From assembly GCA_963721805.1 (NCBI GenBank), contig CAVRJY010000001.1, positions 1,024,001 to 1,088,000 on the forward strand: a stretch of 64,000 nt of DNA, written 5' to 3'. The notes under the pieces are model-generated. The model saw only the letters and a list, made by a program, of their open reading frames with translations, made no database searches and had not been told where the DNA came from. Position numbers and translations under genes: made by a program. Every line of letters begins with the position of its first letter. Positions within the stretch are counted from its first letter, which is position 1. The stretch is from Nitrospirota bacterium (GTDB taxonomy: Bacteria; Nitrospirota; Thermodesulfovibrionia; Thermodesulfovibrionales; JdFR-86). Below, piece by piece: positions 57,833 through 64,000 of this stretch.

Positions 57833-59074
57833 ATGATGCCGGATAACGAACAGCCTGAATTCCCTCCAAGGCATGAGCGGCACCGGGTGATTCGCTTCGA
57901 GCCGTCCGTCGGCACCATAATCATCTTGGTCCTCCTGGCCCCCGCGCTATGGGTGCTGAACCGGCTGTTGCCGGTGGTTATGGTGCTCGTGGCGGCCCTC
58001 ATCATCGTCGGCACCGTAAGCCCCGCTGTCCGGTGGCTCGAAAGGCGGCGCATGCGCCGGGGATATGGCATCGCGATCGTCTTCACCGGAATCCTTTTGC
58101 TCACCGTCCTGTTCGTCACGATGACGATCCCCTCGCTTATGGCGCAGGTGACGAACCTTCTGGCCCAGGAACCCGCCTTGCGGGAACGCCTGGCTAACTG
58201 GCTGTCGGGCTACCCCATGACCACCCAACTGGCCGACTTGCTTCGCGACCTGCAGCCCGGCTATCTGATGACGGCGGCCATCTCGAACGCCCTCGAGTTC
58301 TCCCGACGCGTCATCATGGTCTTCGCGTATATAATGAGTTCCGTATTCCTCGCCCTGTATATGATGATCGACCGCGATAGGCTGCGCGGAGGACTCTTTC
58401 TGGTGGTCCCCAGAAGCCACCACATCCGGCTTTCCAGGATCATGATGAACCTTGAAACCATCGTCGGCGGTTATATCCGGGGGCAGGTTATCACCTCCGC
58501 CTTAATGGTCATTTTCGTGTTTTTTCTCCTGAAGGCCTGCGGCATTTCAAACGCCTTGGCCATTGCGGCGTTCGCGGGTGTCGCTGACGTCCTGCCCTAT
58601 GTCGGAGCCCTGCTGTCGGTCGGGGCCACGATGATAGCGGCTATATCCAGCGACCCCGGAGTCATTTTCATAGTGCTGGTGCTGATGCTCGCATATGAGG
58701 AACTGGAGAGCCGCCTGATCATTCCCCGCATCTATGGACGCGAGCTGCGGCTCCCGTCATCCGTGATCCTGTTGTCGCTATTGACCGGGACAGTATTATT
58801 CGGCATCCCCGGGGCGCTTCTCGCGCTTCCGGTGGCGGCCGCGCTGCGGATGCTTATCGAGGAGCTGCGCGTCGAGCTGCCGGGCCAGCAGAAGCAGGCA
58901 GAGGATCTGGAGGTCATGCAACGTGACGTCCTCGGTGAACGGGAATATGAGCGCCGGGCCGAGGGCATGCCAGCCGAGCAGGCCGCCGCCATCGCCATAG
59001 AGATCGCGGTCGGCCGCGATAAGGAAGAGCATAGGCCGCCGCCAACGAAGACGGATGAGCCGCCAATCGAATAG
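57833..59074 (+). CDS. AI-2E family transporter
   Basis: PAVRWLERR, GGYIRGQ, LPYVGA, IPRIYGR, GIPGALLALPVAA motifs. Confidence 0.9.
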   Translation: MMPDNEQPEFPPRHERHRVIRFEPSVGTIIILVLLAPALWVLNRLLPVVMVLVAALIIVGTVSPAVRWLERRRMRRGYGIAIVFTGILLLTVLFVTMTIPSLMAQVTNLLAQEPALRERLANWLSGYPMTTQLADLLRDLQPGYLMTAAISNALEFSRRVIMVFAYIMSSVFLALYMMIDRDRLRGGLFLVVPRSHHIRLSRIMMNLETIVGGYIRGQVITSALMVIFVFFLLKACGISNALAIAAFAGVADVLPYVGALLSVGATMIAAISSDPGVIFIVLVLMLAYEELESRLIIPRIYGRELRLPSSVILLSLLTGTVLFGIPGALLALPVAAALRMLIEELRVELPGQQKQAEDLEVMQRDVLGEREYERRAEGMPAEQAAAIAIEIAVGRDKEEHRPPPTKTDEPPIE

Positions 59075-59115
59075 TTGGTAGCGTCTTCCATGCGCGGTGC
59101 TGTAAAAAGCCCCGA

Positions 59116-61167
59116 CTACGCTTTCCTGACTTCAGCCCCTGTCTTCGCTGAGAGGTCAGCTATCAACCCCGCGTGCACCGTCTCGACCTCGTCGTCCGTA
59201 AGCGTGCGCTCCGCCGAGCGATACCGGATATTAAACGCGAGGCTCTTCTTGCCCTGCGGGATGTTCTTGCCCTTGTATGAGTCAAAGACGTGCGCTCCAG
59301 CAATAAACTCCGACGGATAGGCGCGTATCATGCGCTCGATATCACCTGCGCGCGCGGTCTCGTCGATCAGAAGCGCGATGTCACGCTCTATCGCCGGATA
59401 GCGCGGGATTGGCGTGTATTTCCTGATGCCCCCAAGCGCGAAGCGCAGCGCGTCGATCTCCAGCTCGAACACGAAGACATCCGAGCGCGCCTTCACGTCA
59501 AACGCAGCGACCACGTCGGGGCGGAGCGCGCCTATAAACCCGGCCCTGCGGGGGTCGATCATCACGTCAGCGGCCTTGCCGGGCTGCAAGAAGGGCTCGA
59601 GCGTCGGCGTGAAATCGACCCCGCCGATCTTCATACCAGCGAGCATACCCTCCAGAGCGCCCTTCATCAGGTAGAACTCTTCGGTCGTATCTTTGTACAG
59701 CGAAGGGACCTTCTCGCGGTACAACAGTCCGCCGATGAGCGGGACCTCGTCCGCCTGTATGCCGCCGTTTTTGTAAAACGCCTTCGCGGTCTCAAAGAGA
59801 CGGATATCGCGCATGCCGCGCGAGAAGTTATGGCTGAACGCGCCTATCAGCGCCGGGACGAGTGTGGTGCGTAAGAGTCCGTCTTCCTGCCTTAGCGGGT
59901 TTTGGATAGGCACGCACTCGCGCCGGCGGTCATTGGCCGCGAGCCTCAGCAGATCGAGGTGCGCCGGGTTTAAAAAGCTCAGCGTGATCTGCTCGCTGAA
60001 GCCCTCCTTGCGAAGCAGGGTCTTAACGTCCGAGATAAACGCGCGCTCCGTGAGGTCGGCCTCGGACGCAATGCTCGTCATCGGCATCGCGGAGGGGATG
60101 TTGTTATACCCGTAGAGCCGCGCGACCTCCTCGATCACGTCCGCGTCCATCGTGATATCCGGCCTCGACGAGGGCGGGACGACCTCGAAGCTCTCGCCCA
60201 TTGCCTTAACGCTGTCAGCGACCTTATTAACTATCGCGACGATCTCGTCGTCAGTGAGTTTTATCCCGAGCATCCGGTTGACCTTCTCGAACTTGACGTT
60301 GATCTTAAGCGGCTCGTACTTGGCTGGGTATGCATCGACGAGCGCCCCGGCCATGCCCCCTGCGGTCCCGATGATCAGGCGCGTCACGCGGTCGAGCGCC
60401 GTGGCGACTATCTGTATGTCCGTGCCGCGCTCAAATCTGTATGACGACTCGGTCTTTAGCCCGAGGGCCTTGGAGGTCTTTCTTACGGATTCCGGCCTGA
60501 ACCATGCGCTTTCGATGAACAGGTCGGTCGTCTCTTGGCGGACCTCGCTGTTTAGGCCGCCCATCACGCCCGCGACCGCCACCGGCCGCTCCGCGTCCCA
60601 TATCAGGAGGCTGTCTTCGGGGATCGCGCGCTCGACCTTATCGAGCGTGGCCATCTTGAGTCCGGCCCCCGCGCGGGCAACGCGGATCTTCTGGCCCTTG
60701 AGGTACGCGAGGTCAAACGCGTGCAGCGGGTGGCCGAACTCTAAAAGCACATAGTTGGTGCAGTCCACGACGTTGTTGATCGGCCTGATGCCGCAGATCT
60801 CAAGCCTCTGGCGCATCCACTCGGGGGATTCGCCGATAGTGACGCCGTGTATCACGCGCCCGGTGTATCTGGCGCAGAGGTCGGGGTCGGCTATCTCGAT
60901 TGGGAAGCTTTCATCGCTCTGCTCGGCGACCGCGTGCTCCGGCATCGTGATTGCCGCGCCAGTCAGCGCGTGCACCTCGCGGGCGATTCCCAGTATGCTC
61001 AGGCAGTCAGGGCGGTTCGGGGTGACGTTGACTTCTATCGCCAGATCATCGCCAACCCGCTCCATGCCCTCGACCTCCAGCCCGGCCATCGTGAGGCGCG
61101 CGTCGAGCTCCTCGGGCGTGAGCCCTGCGTCGATGAGTTCCCTCAGCCAGTTATACGATATGCGCAT
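59116..61167 (-). CDS. pheT: Phenylalanine-tRNA ligase beta subunit (short form, no B2 tRNA-binding domain)
   Basis: ISYNWL, VTPNRPDCLS, RPINNVVD.TNYV, SYRFERG, RDIA, KKSLA, RTLTD motifs. Confidence 0.96.
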   Translation of the reverse strand: MRISYNWLRELIDAGLTPEELDARLTMAGLEVEGMERVGDDLAIEVNVTPNRPDCLSILGIAREVHALTGAAITMPEHAVAEQSDESFPIEIADPDLCARYTGRVIHGVTIGESPEWMRQRLEICGIRPINNVVDCTNYVLLEFGHPLHAFDLAYLKGQKIRVARAGAGLKMATLDKVERAIPEDSLLIWDAERPVAVAGVMGGLNSEVRQETTDLFIESAWFRPESVRKTSKALGLKTESSYRFERGTDIQIVATALDRVTRLIIGTAGGMAGALVDAYPAKYEPLKINVKFEKVNRMLGIKLTDDEIVAIVNKVADSVKAMGESFEVVPPSSRPDITMDADVIEEVARLYGYNNIPSAMPMTSIASEADLTERAFISDVKTLLRKEGFSEQITLSFLNPAHLDLLRLAANDRRRECVPIQNPLRQEDGLLRTTLVPALIGAFSHNFSRGMRDIRLFETAKAFYKNGGIQADEVPLIGGLLYREKVPSLYKDTTEEFYLMKGALEGMLAGMKIGGVDFTPTLEPFLQPGKAADVMIDPRRAGFIGALRPDVVAAFDVKARSDVFVFELEIDALRFALGGIRKYTPIPRYPAIERDIALLIDETARAGDIERMIRAYPSEFIAGAHVFDSYKGKNIPQGKKSLAFNIRYRSAERTLTDDEVETVHAGLIADLSAKTGAEVRKA

Positions 61168-61254
61168 AGCCGCTATTATATCCGTCCTTGGTGGATTCTC
61201 TCAAGGTGGAGGGGCTGACACAGGCCGGATTTGTGTCATAATAATACGACAGAT

Positions 61255-61461
61255 ATGAGACAGCACCGAGACAGAAGGCTGTATTCCGAGCGGACCGGCA
61301 AGTTCCACGTCCTGTGCCCGCACGCCGAAAAATCCGGCGTCACGACGCACGTCGTGGTCAAGGACGAGATCTGCTACCGCTGCACGGAATGCATGGTCTT
61401 TACATGCCGTTTCCACGCCAAAAACGGTGACGTCGAGACGATACTCTCCGTGGCGTGGTAG
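61255..61461 (+). CDS. Small Cys/His-rich hypothetical protein
   Basis: CPH...CYRC.EC...CRFH; GC-rich codon pattern. Confidence 0.55.
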   Translation: MRQHRDRRLYSERTGKFHVLCPHAEKSGVTTHVVVKDEICYRCTECMVFTCRFHAKNGDVETILSVAW

Positions 61462-61486
61462 TCAATTTTATTATGCTGGAGGCGCG

Positions 61487-61924
61487 ATGAATTACAGGAC
61501 AGGCAGACCGGGCAGGGTTATAGTGGCGAGGTTCGAAGACCGTGACGACGTGCTCGGCGGGCTGGTAGATATCGCCCGCAGGGAGAACGTCCGCTGCGGC
61601 GTGGCATACCTGGTGGGCGGGATGAGGGCGGGCAGGTTCGTCGTCGGCCCGCTGGACGAGACGATGCCTCCGAAGCCGGACTGGCGCGAGCTTACAGAGT
61701 CTCACGAGATCATCGGCATAGGCACGATATTCTGGGACGGCGAGACGCCGAAGGTCCACCTGCACGCCGGGTTCGGCAAGCGCGACGAGGTGCGGCTCGG
61801 CTGCATCAGGGAGGGCTCAGAGACGTTCCTCGTGCTCGAGGCCGTGATAATCGAGATCGAGGGGATGGACGGGGCCGTACGCGCAATCGACCCCGCGACC
61901 GGGCTCTCGCTGCTTAAGCTCTAG
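61487..61924 (+). CDS. PPC/DUF296 domain protein
   Basis: RVIVARFE...D, EIIGIGTIF, PKVHLHA..G, EAVIIE. Confidence 0.88.
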   Translation: MNYRTGRPGRVIVARFEDRDDVLGGLVDIARRENVRCGVAYLVGGMRAGRFVVGPLDETMPPKPDWRELTESHEIIGIGTIFWDGETPKVHLHAGFGKRDEVRLGCIREGSETFLVLEAVIIEIEGMDGAVRAIDPATGLSLLKL

Positions 61925-61946
61925 AGGACTGCGTTCGATAAAAAGC

Positions 61947-61978
61947 TACGGGATGAGGTGATTAAGCCTCATCCCGTA
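61947..61978. terminator. Hairpin between convergent genes
   Basis: TACGGGATGAGG / CCTCATCCCGTA. Confidence 0.75.
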
Positions 61979-61994
61979 TATTATCGAAGATTGA

Positions 61995-62366
61995 TTATTT
62001 CGATGCCGGTGCTGCAGGAGCTGCCTTCGGTGCTGCTGCCGGTGCTGCCTTGGGGGCAGCCGCCGGAGCCGCTGCCGCTGCCTTCTTCACCACGATCTTC
62101 TTTGCGACCTTCACGCCGCTAGACTCGGTGAACTTCATCGTGACGGTCGAGCCGACCTTCACCTCGCCGGTGATCTTGGTCTTCTTGACGGCGTCAGCGG
62201 TGACCTCTGCGTCCTTGCTCTTGACGGTGATGCTCTTGCCCGCCTCGAACGCGGTCACGTCGCCGGTGATCTGGCCCTTGGGGGCCTTGGTGCTGGTGGC
62301 AAACGATACGGATGCGAACGCGACGAGCATGACTACCGCCGCGAACAACGCTATTGCCTTCTTCAT
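61995..62366 (-). CDS. Secreted small beta-barrel protein with Ala/Pro/Lys tail
   Basis: Signal peptide, AGGAGG RBS, APKAAPAA repeats. Confidence 0.75.
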   Translation of the reverse strand: MKKAIALFAAVVMLVAFASVSFATSTKAPKGQITGDVTAFEAGKSITVKSKDAEVTADAVKKTKITGEVKVGSTVTMKFTESSGVKVAKKIVVKKAAAAAPAAAPKAAPAAAPKAAPAAPASK

Positions 62367-62451
62367 TGTGTTTCACCTCCTTTCATCAGGAATTATAGGA
62401 TTGGATGTCTTTCGGGTTAGTATTATAGTACAAAGCCTTGAATTTAGGGTG

Positions 62452-63564
62452 CTACTGAAAAATTATCCCGGCGACGGTCTCCCGCCTTCGATCCGAGGCC
62501 GGGGGCGCGATCCCCAGCGAGCCCATCATCATGCGGGTGCGGTCCCCAAGCAGGGCGTCGGATACGATTCTCGCAGGGTTCACCGGGCCGTCCATGATCC
62601 CGCCGGATTTCATCAGCCGGATGAGCGCCTCTCCCGAGCTCTTGTACGGGTACGGGTCGAAACCGGCGCGGCCCGCCTCAAGCGCCTCGCGCACCTGATC
62701 GACCGGGAGCTTTGCCGGGTCGTTTAGCAGCGCGGCAAACGCGTCGTCGCGCTGCGCTCCGGCCTCGCGCAGCCTCGCGCCGGCCTGCAGCGTGGCCGAA
62801 TAGAAGGCCTCGGCCTTCGAGGCGTTAACGAGCATCGTCTCCCTGCGCACGGCGATATAGCAGCACGGATGGCCGTGCCAGAGCTGCGCGCTTGCCGATA
62901 TAACCCGCCCCGCGCCCGAATCAATCGCGGACGTCGCATAGGGCTCAAGCGCCATGCATGCGTCGGCCTCCCCGCGCATAAGCGCCGCAGGGAGATCGGC
63001 CATATCCATCTCGGCCAGCTCGAGGTCCTTCTCGGGATCGAGCCCGGCGCGCATAAGCGCCTCCCTAAGCAGCAGCGTCTGGACGAGATGGGTCCCTCCG
63101 GTCGCGACCTTCCTGCCCTTGAGCCTGCCGGCAGACTGGATCTCGGTGCGCGCCGAGGCCAGCAGGGCGCCGCCTTCGATGCCCGCGACCTGCATCGAGA
63201 CCAGCGGGGTGCGGTTATCCTTATACGGCCCGGTGCCCTGATGGAGCGCGAAAAACAGCGGGCCCGCAAGCTGCGCGGCATGCACGTCTCCCTGCTGAAG
63301 CGAATCGGCCGCATCCGTGTGGGAAGCCATCGGCACCAGTTCGACGTCGATCCCCTGCCGCTCGTAAATCCCCGCCGCCCGCGCGAGCACCAGCGGCAAT
63401 GCGCAGTGCGAGGGCAGGACGACCGCCACCTTAAACGCGCCGGGTCTCGAAGGGGTGGGCCTCCTGGGTGCCTGCCGGGCCGATGGGGTGTTCGATATCG
63501 CCCCGATGGAGGCGGCCGATGCCACGGCCGCGGCCATCACGGCCAGGAATTCACGCCTTGTCAT
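62452..63564 (-). CDS. Tat-exported NMT1/NrtA-like ABC substrate-binding protein
   Basis: TRREFL Tat motif; GIYERQGIDVEL, LKGRKVA, EPY, WHGHPCC. Confidence 0.8.
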   Translation of the reverse strand: MTRREFLAVMAAAVASAASIGAISNTPSARQAPRRPTPSRPGAFKVAVVLPSHCALPLVLARAAGIYERQGIDVELVPMASHTDAADSLQQGDVHAAQLAGPLFFALHQGTGPYKDNRTPLVSMQVAGIEGGALLASARTEIQSAGRLKGRKVATGGTHLVQTLLLREALMRAGLDPEKDLELAEMDMADLPAALMRGEADACMALEPYATSAIDSGAGRVISASAQLWHGHPCCYIAVRRETMLVNASKAEAFYSATLQAGARLREAGAQRDDAFAALLNDPAKLPVDQVREALEAGRAGFDPYPYKSSGEALIRLMKSGGIMDGPVNPARIVSDALLGDRTRMMMGSLGIAPPASDRRRETVAGIIFQ

Positions 63565-63680
63565 TGTATCGCAGAGATATGATTGAGGGTCTGTTCACCA
63601 TGGTATGTGTTCTACTATAAAATATAAGTGCACAATGCAGTCAAGGCGCGGGCCCTGGGGGCGTCGGGCGGACTCCGAAC

Positions 63681-63709
63681 TTGACAATTCCGTATCTACT
63701 GAATATAAT
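63681..63709 (+). promoter_or_regulatory. Consensus sigma70 promoter
   Basis: TTGACA-17 nt-TATAAT. Confidence 0.9.
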
Positions 63710-63742
63710 TAAGAAAATCGGGGGGCCGAAGGGGATTCGACT

Positions 63743-64000
63743 ATGACAAAGGCAGATCTCGTTGAGATAGTGTTTGAGAAAGTCGGGCTTTCCAAGAAGG
63801 AGGCCCACGACATTATCGAGATCATTTTCGATAGCGTCAAGGACTCTTTCAAGGCCGGAGAGTCTGTGAAGATACCCGGATTCGGCACCTTCAACGTCCG
63901 CAGCAAGCAGGCGCGGCGGGGCCGTAACCCTCAGACCGGTGAGGAGCTGGAGATAACGCCGAGGAGGGTGCTGACCTTCAAGGCCAGCAACCAGCTCAAG
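63743..64000 (+). CDS. ihfA: Integration host factor alpha/HU-family protein (3' truncated by window)
   Basis: Manual translation MTKADLVEIVFEKVGLSKKEA...VKIPGFGTFNVRSKQARRGRNPQTGEELEITPRRVLTFKAS. Confidence 0.88.
   Translation, partial: MTKADLVEIVFEKVGLSKKEAHDIIEIIFDSVKDSFKAGESVKIPGFGTFNVRSKQARRGRNPQTGEELEITPRRVLTFKASNQLK

Overview
GC-rich bacterial chromosome segment; the gene content suggests an anaerobic Nitrospirota/deltaproteobacterium-like organism (inference, no database search possible). The backbone is housekeeping: rsmB, lexA-X-dinB, def-fmt, truA, slyD-DEAD helicase, hom, mdh-ndk, ubiX, uppS-cdsA, ychF, lemA, typA, pheT, ihfA, tRNA-Lys and tRNA-Arg. It also carries an ArsS-type radical SAM/glycosyltransferase/MsrAB cluster and an RND efflux operon with a frameshifted pump. 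The most unusual structure is non-coding. (i) An AT-richer ~4.4 kb toxin-antitoxin island (31443-35821) is bracketed by inverted ~125-150 bp hairpin elements and punctuated by conserved repeats that frame swapped TA cargo, with no integrase in the window. (ii) A ~430-470 bp non-coding element occurs twice, in front of ychF and typA. (iii) Serial, synonymously diverged copies of the pheT 3' end each flank a cargo unit. Other highlights are a UGA/SECIS selenocysteine read-through in the radical SAM gene, a Met/Ile/Leu/Thr-only leader peptide before hom, a four-segment attenuator before a PhzF-family gene, a His-less pseudokinase and frequent leaderless-type starts. All family calls come from motif recognition by eye, and several starts were adjusted from the ORF track.
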